The notes under the pieces were generated by a model. The model saw only the letters and a list, made by a program, of their open reading frames with translations, did not search any database and was not told the origin of the DNA. From Squalus acanthias (taxonomy: Eukaryota): a stretch of 64,000 nucleotides of DNA. This document shows, piece by piece, positions 1 to 10,938 of this stretch (positions are counted from its first letter, which is position 1; each line of letters starts with the position of its first letter). The DNA is taken from NCBI GenBank assembly GCA_030390025.1, contig CM059432.1:58282001-58346000 (forward strand), written 5' to 3'. Position numbers and translations under genes: made by a program.

Positions 1-661
1 TGTTGGAAAGGAAAGGGCCTCGTAGTCGGTCCTTTACCTCTTCATTGAGATCCCTTGCTCCAAAAAAAATCTTCAGGGCTCTTCTGCCCCTTTAACTGTA
101 GCTACGCTGAATTTTGCTGCCTGGCAGAAGCAGGTTCTCTCTTGCTGGCGGAGATCCAACCGGGAGCCTGCCCTGCCCTGCATAGATAATCACCCCAACC
201 CAGGAAAATGGGTCACGGTCACAGTGGAGTCAGGGAAACGGATGAAAGTCCCGCTCCAATCCTCCTCTGGTGGCGAATCAGCCCAGTCCAGAGGAAATGC
301 CAGACCATCATGTCCACAAAGTCTTCTGACTAAGTTTGTAGCTGGGATCTTTGAGAATCATAGAATACCACAGCACAGGAGGCCATTCGGCCCATCGAGT
401 CTGTGCCGGGTCTTTCGAAGAGCAATCCATTTAGTCCCACTCTCCCGCTCTTTCCCCATATCGCTGCAATTTTTTCTCATTCAAGTATTTATCCAATTCC
501 TTTTGAAGGCTACTATTGAATCTGTATCCGCACCCTATCAGGCAGGGCATTCCAAATTCTAACCACTCCTTGCGTAAAAAAGCTTTTCCTCATGTTCTTT
601 TGCCAATCACATTAAATCTGTGCCCTCTTGTTATCGACCCTTCAGCCAGTGGAAACTATTT

Positions 662-1419
662 GGGAGAAAAATTGAGTCACGCCCCCTTTGGGGCGCTAAC
701 TTCGCCGGGTCGCTCTTTTTAGCGCCCCGAAAAAATTAGGGCCCCCGCGGCCAAAATTGAATGGTGGCGCCCCAAGAGGGAAGCGGGGCGCTACTGCAAG
801 CGCCCTGCCTCCCTCTTGGAGCGCTGCGAGGGAATATCGCGGCGCTACGTGCCGCAGCGGCATGTCACGCCACGGTACTGCAGGCCTTCTTCCCCTTCTT
901 AAAGGGGAGGGGCCTGGCGCAGCGCGTCCCGGCACCCAGCTGGGCCATCAGGGATCGGAGTGCCGGCAAAAGAGACTGGCACTGAAGAAAAGTGCTGGGC
1001 TGATGTAGCGCAGCCGGCATTCCGCGGGGGGGCTTCTCAGAAGGCCGGGGACGGCAACGGGGGCAGGTGCTGGCAGGCGGCCAGCAACAAAAATGGCTGC
1101 CCGGCACCTCGCCTTTAATTAGTGCTGCCCGGCCGCAGGTAGGCCCCCCTGACCTCGTTGGACATAGCGTCCGGCGGTAAGTCAGGGGGCGCTACCGAAG
1201 ATCGCGGCTGGGACACGAGCGGGGCGCTGTGCATGCCGATGATGTCATTGTTGGTGGCGCAGCACCGCTGGGCGCTAACAGTTACCGCCACCGCTAACCT
1301 CCCGCTGAATTTTGCGCGAGGCGTTGGCGGCGCCGCGCCCGGGCGCTAGTTGCTTTGTGCCCCATTAGCACCCTCTTCGGGTGCTAACGGGAGGCGCACA
1401 GCAACCAAATTTTTCCCCC
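662..1419. mobile_element. Non-autonomous PIF/Harbinger element (MITE-like), related to the 49623-56648 family
   Basis: TIRs GGGAGAAAAATTG / CCAAATTTTTCCCCC, 3-bp TSD TTT, removal restores the CR1; repeated GGGCGCTAA/TTAGCGCCC motifs; ends align with 49623-49730 and 56500-56648. Confidence 0.85.
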
Positions 1420-2066
1420 TTTCTCTTTATTTACTCTATCTAAACCCTTCATGATTTTAAACAGCACTATCAAATCTTCTCTTAGCCTTCTCTGCTCCAG
1501 CTTCTCTAGTCTATCTACGTAACTGTAATCCCTCATCCCTGGAACCATTCTAGTAAATCTCTTCGGTACCCTCGCCAAAGCCTTCACGTCCTTCCTAAAG
1601 TGTGGTGCCCGGAATTGGACACAATTCTCCAGCTGGGGCCAAACTAGCATTTTATCTAGGTTTAGCGTAACTTCCTGGCTTTTGTACTCTATGCCGCTAT
1701 TTATAAAGCCCAGGATCCCATCTGCTTTATTAACTGCTTTGTTAACCTGTCCTGTCACCTTCGAAGATTTGTGTACAAACACCCCCAGGTCTCTCTGTTC
1801 TTGTATCCTCTTGTACCATTTAGTGTGTGTGATCTCTCCTCATTCTTCCTACCAAAATGTATCACCTCACACTTCTCTGCATTAAATTTCATCTGCCATG
1901 TGTCTGCCCATTCCACCAGCCTGTCTATGTCTTCGTGAAGTCTATTACTATCTTCCTCATTGTTTACTACACTTTCAAATTTCGTGTAATCTGCAAATTT
2001 CAAAATTGTGCCCTGTACCCCAAATTCAAGTCATTAATGTACAGCAAAAACAGCAGTGGTCCTAGT

Positions 2067-2225
2067 CAGTGTTCCCTCAATTTTTTTTTGGCGCTGCATG
2101 GCCCCTTTAAGGCGCTGCGCGGGCCGTTCAAAATACCGCGTATGTGTGATTTTTACATTGAAGAGCCGACAAGCTGGCTGAGCGGGATCCCTGGAGCGTT
2201 GCGTGGCAGCTTACAGGAAATGTTG
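2067..2225. mobile_element. Short hAT-like MITE inside the CR1
   Basis: Starts CAGTGTTCCCTC, ends with degenerate GCTTACAGGAAATGTTG; degenerate ~8-bp flanks GTCCTAGT/ATCCATT; interrupts the CR1 segment 'gtcctagt|actgaacc'. Confidence 0.55.
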
Positions 2226-2677
2226 ATCCATTACTGAACCTTGGGGAACGCCACTGTATACCTCCCTCCAGTCTGAAAAACAGCCATGCACCACAATTTT
2301 CTGTTTTCTATCTCTTAGTCAATTTTGTAGCCATGCTGCTACTGCCCCTTCTATCCCATGGGCTTCAATTTTGCTAGCAAGCCTAGTATGTGGTACTTTA
2401 TCAAATGCCTTTTGAAAGTCCATAGACACAACATCAACTGCACTACCCTCATCCACACTCTGTTACCTCACCCAAAAACACAATCAAGTTAGTCAAACAC
2501 AATTTGCCCTTAACAAATCCATGCTGACTCTCCATGCTTGTCCAAGTGGCTGTTAATTTTCTCCCGGATTATTGTTTCTAAAAACTTCCCCAACACTGAC
2601 GTTAAACTGATTGGCCTGTAATTGCCAGGTTTATCCTTCTCCCCTTTTTTGAACAAGGGTGTAACATATGCAATCCT

Positions 2678-3459
2678 GTGCCGCACAAGTGCCAGGCAAT
2701 GACTATCTCCAACAAGCGAGCATCTAACCACCGCCCCTTGACAATCAACGGCATTACCATTGCCGAATCCCCCACCATCAATATCCTGGGGGGTCACCAT
2801 TGACCAGAAACTTAACTGGACCAGCCACATAAATACTGTGGCTATAAGAGCAGATCAGAGGCTGGGTATTCTGCGGCGAGTGACTCACCTCCTGACTCCC
2901 CAAAGCCTTTCAACCATCTACAAGGCACAAGTCAGGAGTGTGATGGAATACTCTCCACTTGTCTGGATGAGTGCAGCTCCAACAACACTCAAGAAGCTCG
3001 ACACCACCCAGGACAAAGCAGCCCGCTTGATTGGCACCCCATCCACCACCTTAAACATTCACTCCCTCCAACACCGGCATACCGTGGCTGCAGTGTGTAC
3101 CATCTACAAGATGCACTGCAGCAACTCACCAAGGTTTCTTCGGCAGCACCTCCCAAACTCGTGACCTCTACCACCTAGAAGGACAAGGGCAGCAGGCGCA
3201 TGGGAACACCATCACCTCCAAGTTCCCCGCCAAGTCACACACCATCCTGACTTGGAAGTATATCACCGATCCTTCATTGTCGCTGGGTCAAAATCCTGGA
3301 ACTCCCTCCCTAACAGCACTGTGGGAGTACCTTCACCACATGGACTGCAGCGGTTCAAGAAGGTGGCTCAGCACCACCTTCTCAAGGGCAATTAGGGATG
3401 GGCAATAAATGCTGGACTTGCCAGCGACACCCACATCCCAGGAACAAATTTTTTTTAAA
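2678..3459 (+). mobile_element. 5'-truncated CR1-clade (Zenon-like) LINE, 3' end, nested in the CR1
   Basis: ORF 2760-3164 'GVTIDQKLNWTSHI...IYKAQVRSVMEYSPLVW...QDKAARLIG'; same family as 10939-13680 and 25143-27016. Confidence 0.85.
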
Positions 3460-6400
3460 GTCCTTTGGCGCCACCCCTGTATCCGCAATTTCTACCCTTA
3501 CTTCCCTCAGTATCCTAGGATGCATCCCATCCAGACCGGGTGACTTATCCAGTTGAATTACTGCCAGCCTTTCCAGTACCTCCTCTTTATCTATTTTTAT
3601 CTCATCCAGTATCCCAGCAACCTCCTCGTTTATCAGAAAAAACTGAACCCCTTAAGAGTCAAGGTGGGCTCTGTCTTACCCGTGCTCCCTGGTACAGCAC
3701 ACGTATCACTGCGTCTGGGGGTGGAACACCCCAAACCAAAGCTGGATGAGGCTCTGCTCACATGCTGCAAAGATCTGAGGACAGATTTTTCTCTTCAGCT
3801 ACACCAGCAGCACCTCAGTGGGCGTGCGAGGCAAACTGAACAGGGAGCCAGTCTGCCAACTCCCCAACCTCCAACTTCTGCCACTTCTGTGATTTTCCAC
3901 CAGCAGAAATATTAAAACAAGGTGCAAATGATGGGATGAAGGCATACAATGTATTTCCCATCCTTTGTGCCTTAGCGACACTGGGCATGAGGAACGCTGA
4001 TGCATTCCTGCTATCCACCACCTCTATGGGCTACAGCAGGTGTGGAGGGTTACACTTTAAAGGGCTACAATGTGATTGATTGCATTCGTCAAAGTGACAA
4101 ATTCAAAATTGAAGATCATAATTTTTTTCGTCCTGTTCAGCCATCAAAGAGCCACAGCAGTTTCCCCCCTTGCCTCACCACCTGAGACGAGTACTCCAAT
4201 GACACCTTAAGTGGTACCTGCCCTCTCCCATATTATTTAACTTACCTGCCCCACCAAAGATCAGGCGCCATTGCGGCACAGATGAAAATTCCCCTCGGTT
4301 TAGAACTACATTTCAGGGGTGATGTAGGCAGTAAATTTAAAAAGTCAAATTGTGCATATACTTGCAAGTGCAAAACCACCCCCTCCCCCACTCTTCTCAA
4401 ATGCTCTGAATTAGTTGCACGTTGCTAAATGGGTTTTAAGCATCTGGCCCAGAAAATGCTGAATTTTACATTAAATGTGCATTCTTTTTACTTCACAGTT
4501 GGTAGATTTTTAATCTAAAAAAATTTCATTTGAGCCAATTTATGCGAGGTTGGCTAGTATAGTACGTTGAATCAGACATTTAGGGTTATATGGGTAGAGG
4601 GCACTTTGGCCAATAGTCAACAAATGAACAGAAACATGACTAATTAACATGAAAATCGAAGACTGAATATATTGCTAATTTATTTGAACAATTTAGTGTG
4701 ATAATACACCTGTTACTAAAAGTTTTATTTTTTCAAAAACCAAGTACTCAGGCTGTTTTTGAACTATCAGCGTCCCTAATCTATGATTCATATATCCTTA
4801 TCATTCACACACACTCATAGTTCTGTAATTTCACAACATTTTTTAAAACTGGTACAAAGGTTTGTTTCACTGCTGCACTGTGGACATCAAATCGGCCAGC
4901 CCATGGGTCGAAGCAGTTAAGCATGGTAAACACAATTCAAAAGCATCAATTCAAGTAGTGTCAAGCATGTTTCAACCTGACCTTCAGATTAATGACTTCA
5001 GGTTTTTTCCACAGGGTGTTCTCACCATAAGAAGTAAGTTTATCTTTATTTAATATTTTATTCGTTTAGACCTGGATGAAGTTATCAGATCCTGAGAAAT
5101 AGTCATGTATAATAACAAGCAGACTGGTCTTTTGCACACTCAAAATGGATGTTCAGTGATTTGATTTTAAGCATTGTTATTCAGAAGGTGAGAAAACATA
5201 TTACTAACCCAGCCTTTTAAGGGTAATCATGACTTTAGATGACCTATTTAATTTACTTGGAATTACTTTATTAAGATATTGATGGTATTTGAGCCATTGA
5301 ATCAATAAAGGTTATACCGTCAATGAAGTATCAACCCCCACTTATTTTAGAAGGCATTCTTAAATTATTGAGCATTTATAAAGTAACTTGTCTATGGTAA
5401 TGCCTGTTTAATTACGCTGCTCAAAATGTCTCTTACTGCCTGCTCATTCTTATGACTCACCACCATCTGCTATTACTTTAACCTCAGCTTCCCACCCCCA
5501 GCAGTGCTGTCCAATTAGGACAGCAAGCAGCAGGACACATGATTGCAATGACTAATTGGATTGCTGCAAAATAAAATCACAAGCTGGCAGCCTGGGAGAT
5601 GGGTAAATTGCCAGCTCACCCTGCTTATACTGCAGTAGTTGACTCATCACTCAAAAAGGAAAAATATATGGATTTGTGTGAAGTGCCTACACTGGCGAGT
5701 CTGTAACCAAGTCACTTGACTTATAGTGGTTGCTTTAGGAAAGAAATAAGTTGCTCCTCCTTATTATAATGATCCTTTTGTTCCAAATTCCCAAATAAGC
5801 AGTAATGACCAAAGTTTTCTGCGGTTAACTGTGAGCACAAGAAGCCTTAACTGGTACAAAAGCAAAATACTGCGGATGCTGGAAATCTGAAATAAAAACA
5901 GAAAATGCTGGAAATACTCAGCAGGTCAGGCAGCATCTGTAGAGAGAGAAACAGAGTTAACGGGCTCGATTTTACCAGGCCCGAGGAGGCGGGTTTGGAG
6001 GCGTGTGAGTTGTCAAAATCACAAAAAATGGTGGGTGGGTCCGATCCCGCCTCTGAGCAATTTTCCCACATTCGTGGTTTCAGACCCCATTTCCATCCTG
6101 CCTCTAAGAGGCGGGATAGGCCCTTAACAACCAGTTAATTGACTCTATAATCTCATTTTGAGAGGCCTTTCTGATTTTAACACATTTCCCCCATCCAGCA
6201 CGTCTCCTCTGGAACACGCCAGTTAATCCTGGCAGCCTCACAAGTGGAGTGCTTACTAACAGCTGCAGCTCCACCATTAAAAAGGAGTTTTCACCAATGA
6301 TCATTTGCAGGTGGCAGAACTTTGTTGTCTCAGGTCTGGGGGAACTTTTAGCAGGCCTACTCATTGTTGTGGAAGTTTGGAGCCTGACACCCATCTCCAG

Positions 6401-6471
6401 TGTGACCTCCTGGGAAACACCTCTCCCCACCTTGACTGAGCGCTTCCCCCACTGAGGTATATAGCAGAAGC

Positions 6472-6698
6472 ATGGGAACCATTTATTTCCTTTCCTCCTG
6501 GACATCATATTCGGACGATGACCAGCCGCGGCAGCAGCAGAACCCTGAACAACAGCACCACCAACTGCAGGAGGAACAACAGGAGCGCCAACCTGCTGCT
6601 CACCCACCTGAAGCTGCACAGGCCAGAAGGCACCAGCGCGCAACCACATTGCTGCCCGGGATGCAAGGGACGCACTCATGTTGGCCAGATTTGCTTAG
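6472..6698 (+). pseudogene. Harbinger transposase remnant (N-terminal ~57 codons joined to the last ~18 codons)
   Basis: '[12 protein letters not shown]...RRHQR' matches the copy C N-terminus; it runs straight into DNA matching C's end 'HIAGRNARDELILARFA*'. Confidence 0.85.
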
Positions 6699-6954
6699 CC
6701 TGCACAATCAAACACTTTTGCCTCGCACCTTCTTACCAGAGCATCGACAATGGACAAGAACCTGCGGATTCCTATCATTCTGACCACCATACTGACAATT
6801 GCAAGTCGCCCTAAGCCCTCAATGTGGAAGTCCCATTTGCGAAATGACACAGGCCACAACTTCAACAGTTTGCCATCAATATGCCATCATAACAATTCAA
6901 GGATGGCTTGTCAAAGTTCAATACAACAGAACACCCAAGTGTCTACCCTTGTGA

Positions 6955-8938
6955 CTACTTGTGCTTTATCTTCCTCTTACGCATGCTCCTACGTGGTGCT
7001 TCCCCTGTGGCTTCAGCAGATGTGGAGGCCCCTTGCTCACTTTCTTGCTGCTCCTGTCTCAACACCTTTGGCGGCCGTCCTCTGGGTTTGGGAACCTGTG
7101 AGGGCTCGGCAACAGTCTGCTGCTCCTGCGGCTGTGCAGGGGATGAGACGCCCATCTCAGTTGGGTGAGGACTCTGGTGGGGCTCTGACCGAGGGCTTTG
7201 CAGTGGCATGCTCATGTGAGCGCTTGGAGAGGAGCCCCCACTTCTTTGTTGTCAGCCACCAACATCCCTCTCATGGGTCAGCCCCACTTCAGAGCTAGCA
7301 AGTGGCTTGACAGCACTTTGCTGCACTTCAGGGGGGCCACGAGGACCCGTTTCTGCACTGGAAGCCCTACTCCAGAGGACTTCCATGAAGGTCTAGTTTC
7401 TATGCTCAATAGCTGACCATCGCTCCTTCAGAGATGTCAGTCTATTCTGAACAATGACCACGTTTTCAATACCCTGGCGACTAAGCTCCTCCATGGCCGT
7501 AGCCATCCTCTCCTCTACCGTAGCCATCCTCTCCTCTATGGTAGCCAGCCTTACCACTGAGGTAGCCATCCTTTCTATGGAGGTTGCCATCCTTTCCGTG
7601 GTGATGCGTTCATGTGCCAATGCCTCCACAAAGGCTCTGCTCATGTTCACGATGGACTCCTCCATTCACTCCACACTCACAGCGACCCTGGAGACAAAAC
7701 CTGCCAGAGTCTCCTGCACCTGTTCCTGGAGTTCCATCACCGCTCTCCTTCTGGATGGACCCGGAAGCATAGGGTTGACATGCAGCTGAGCCGAGCTGGC
7801 AGAGTCCTGCGCCCTCCAATGAGGACTTTCCACTGCTGTCCCTGTCTCCACCATCTGCTGATGCTCACTTGTGAGCTGTGATACACCAGGTGACAACACT
7901 ACCCTATCTCGCGAAGGTCCCACTGAGGTGTGAGTGTCTGCGCTGGTGCTGGGTGCACTGAATTCTGCTGACGCTGCGCCCTCAGAGGTTGGAGCTTCCT
8001 CTGAGGAGTCTTGAGGCTCAGGCTGTTCCTCCTGGACAGTGGGGACGGGGGCTCTCGATGGTCCTGTGGGGGAGTAAAGGAAAGAGTTAGAGATGTGAGG
8101 TAAAGGTTGCATGCACGTTGAATTGTGCAGATGATCATAAGTCAATCTGTTAGAGCATCAGAATCATTATCAGTCACTCATGCAATGTCAATGAGAGAGA
8201 TGCTAAACTATTCTGTCACCAGCTTGCTGTGATGCGCCCGTCTGTCCGTCCCCCACTTGTGAATCGTCCTCCACTCCGGCGTTCTCCAGGGCCGCCTCCT
8301 CTGAAGTGGTGAGCTGGGCTACTGAGGGTGGCCCATCTCCTGTCCTCGCTCTTTCCCTCTTATTGTGGGCTCTCTTTTCCTACAATGAGGGACACAAGTG
8401 GAGTTTGAGTGAGAATGAAGGAGTGAGTGTAGAGAATCCATAGCATAGATGCTTAGAAGGAGACAAAGGGCCCTCCCTGTGTGTTCTAAGTTGTTGTCAT
8501 TGCATCACAGTGATAGGGAGTGTGAGGGCTGCATGGTTGAATAGTTAAGTAAATGTGACCATAGAGAGAGAGGGAATGGGTAAGGGTGCAGGGATGTAAG
8601 TGTCAAGTGGGATGTGGAGGAAGAGGTTGGCAAAGCAGAGTGCTGGTGAGGAGAGGCAATGGGGATCAGATTGAGGCTGATGGGAAAGTCATACTCACTT
8701 TTCCTGTGCGGAGAAGGTCATGAAACCTCTTCCTGCACTGTTGCCAGGTTCTGCTGCACATAGAAATTGCGTTTACCTCTTGGGCCACTTGCAGCCACAC
8801 AGCTTTAGTCTGCTGGGGAGGCTGTTTCCTCCCTGAGGAAGGGAAGAGCACCTCCTTATTTGCTCTTGCTCCCTCCACCAGAGCTTAGAGGGAGGCCTCA
8901 TCGAATCTTGGAGCACACTTTGGTCTACTGGTGGACAT
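6955..8938 (-). pseudogene. Myb/SANT-like DNA-binding gene of copy A, exons 8938-8699, 8379-8220, 8063-6955
   Basis: 'PRFDEASL...KAVWLQVAQEVN...RTWQQCRKRFHDL' Myb/SANT motif; GT-AG introns; four in-frame stops consistent with C>T changes, no frameshift seen. Confidence 0.9.
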
Positions 8939-9218
8939 AGTTGCTGAAGGAAGCGCTCAGAACAATGGGCATAAAGTTTAAAGGCTGAAAAAGAAGCAAG
9001 GCTGATTGCAGGCCTTAAATCCAGCAGCATTGATGACGTCATCGGAGGCAACTTTCTGTATGAAAAAACTCATTGGGCCAGGGGTTTCCACACGCTGGAA
9101 ATCAAGTGCCCAATTAGGGCAAAATCGCACTTTTGTCCTACTTCACATCGGAGTCGGGATCCTGACACGACGACCACCTGACACGCCCCAGCCAGCCCCC
9201 AATGGCAAAATCAAGCCC

Positions 9219-9247
9219 AACGTTTCAGGTCAATGACCCTTCGTCAG
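9219..9247 (-). ncRNA. Minimal hammerhead ribozyme motif of a Penelope terminus (helix I disrupted)
   Basis: Minus strand CTGACGA-AGGGTC-ATT-GACCT-GAAAC-GTT = CUGANGA core, stem II, GAAA, palindromic ACGT. Confidence 0.65.
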
Positions 9248-10026
9248 GAACGTTCTGTTTCTCTCTCTACAGGTGCTGCCTGACCTGAGTATTCCCAGCA
9301 TTTTCTGTTTTTATTTAAGCCCTAACTGGTATTGGTTTAGAAAAATAGATAGAGGAACTGAAACAATACTCCTCTCCATTGTGTCTGCCAGTCAGGATGC
9401 CTGTGAATGTTATGCTCAATAGCTGACTTGACCCACTCTTGTAAAATGCTGGTTTTCTCACGATTGTGTGCTAACTTTTCACTAATAGATCATTGAGCTT
9501 CATAGATATGAATCTAAGCACTCCGCATTGGAAATAATCCTCCTTCAGCGACCTTTCCCATGGCTCATCTCTCTTCTTGAATGTTTTTAAACTCTCTTAA
9601 ATCAATTCTTCCTAATCATTTGGCCTCCCAGTTTCCCCTGGTTCTGTATATTATTTTCCTTGTGCTAACTCTCTGTTTCATTTCAATATTGTCATTGCTG
9701 CAGCTCCTCTCTTTCGTTCCTAATTTCTGAACTAGTCTGGGAACTCTGCTCCTCTGTTCTTCCTTTCCCAGAAATCTCCGAGCACAGAGAGTCTCTTCCA
9801 CTTGATTCCCTGGCTGCTTCACCTGTGAATTTGCACTTCTCTAGCCAATAGAGTTCTCACCTCACAAATCCCGCCCCCTGCCACCAGTCACCACTGTTTA
9901 TCAATGGTCACTGAGCAGCCAGGTCCAGCCTTGCCATTTGCTGCCTCTTCAGTTCAACCTCCTGACTGATAGTTGCAGGAACAAATTGAAGGTTTGCACA
10001 CTCTCCAAAGGCCACCCTAATCCTCG

Positions 10027-10125
10027 AAACAAAAACAGGAAATGCTGGAAACACTCAGCAGCTCAATATTTTCCACATCTATGGATAAAACAGACAAGTT
10101 AACATTTCAGGTGTAACCCTTCACT
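10027..10125 (-). repeat. Decayed Penelope terminal fragment
   Basis: Similar to 5890-5961 and 48990-49085 (aaatgctggaaacactcagcag...gttaacatttcagg). Confidence 0.6.
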
Positions 10126-10938
10126 GACCCAATCCCAGAAGTGTTGCCTATGACCTTCCTACACACTACTCCTGTTGATGCTGGTAAATCCACTTTATAT
10201 CTAAAAGAGCTGAGCATAATAGGGAACGGCATCTTTGGGAAGAGTGCCCAGATGAACTTTGGAAGCAGAATCTGCACCAAAGCCCTTAGCAACCATTGGG
10301 AGCTTACTGGTGTTTCTAATGAATGAGATACAGTGACAAACAAAATGTTAATCTGCAAAGCAAACTACAACCTTTTTAAGTAAGACTCACTTGTATAGAT
10401 GCAACATCTGAGAGAGAATTATGGTAATGACGGCTTTCTTACATAAGTGATAACTCTGTTTACAACAGAGGGAGAATACTGATTACCGCAATATGATTGT
10501 AATATGTAAGCAGCTTTCATTTCCCTGTGAGACTGATTCTATTACCTCCTGAGACCTCACTATAAAAAGGTTCCAATTATACAGCCTGAACAGGCTATTT
10601 TAGTTCCGTTATACAGAGGTGATATACAATGAATAAAAGTTACAGGTAAGTTGATGATACATTATATAGGGCACAGTGGCCTGCTAAATTACTATGGAAT
10701 TGGTTTGTAAATTATGGCTTAGGTAATAAAACCATCAGAAAAGTAGATATAAAGTAGATAATACAGAAATGCACACAGGTCTTACTACGGTGATGAATCA
10801 TCCTAATCGCGCCAACAACAAAGTGACATTGCTATATTCTGGCTAGAACCTAGAAAAGAAATCGAAGACCTAGAAATTCATCTACGTTTTTCAGGTGCGA
10901 AACAGCCTACTAAGCTCCCAATATGGCGGGAAGGAAGC

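Larger units (their letters stand above)
354..3625 (-). mobile_element. CR1-type LINE, 3' part of ORF2 (RT) plus 3' UTR, decayed and interrupted by three insertions
   Basis: Minus-strand ORF fragments 'KFADYTKF...WQMKFNAEKCEVIHFGRKN', 'YKSQEVTLNLDKMLVWPQLENCVQF', 'VTPLFKKGEKDKPGNYRPISLTSVLGK' are typical CR1 RT; 3' tail near 354-370. Confidence 0.9.
5962..9218. mobile_element. Harbinger copy A, non-autonomous (transposase deleted, Myb gene retained), 3257 bp
   Basis: TIRs GGGCTCGATTTTACCA / TGGCAAAATCAAGCCC; TSD AAC; collinear with copies B and D and with full-length copy C. Confidence 0.95.
5857..9316. mobile_element. Penelope-like element terminal (pLTR) fragment in inverted arrangement, split by a Harbinger insertion
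   Basis: 5857-5961 plus 9219-9247 match the 3' end of the Penelope at 48953-49090; 9253-9316 is the same sequence inverted; 15-bp TSD AAGCC(T/C)TAACTGGTA at 5842-5856 and 9317-9331. Confidence 0.8.

Noticed and set aside
6104..6679. Antisense ORFs repeated in A, B and D (also 32468-32986 and 44552-44947) as a third gene
   Set aside because: They are the reverse strand of the CAG-rich transposase remnant and its upstream region; starts and ends differ between copies and no domain is evident.
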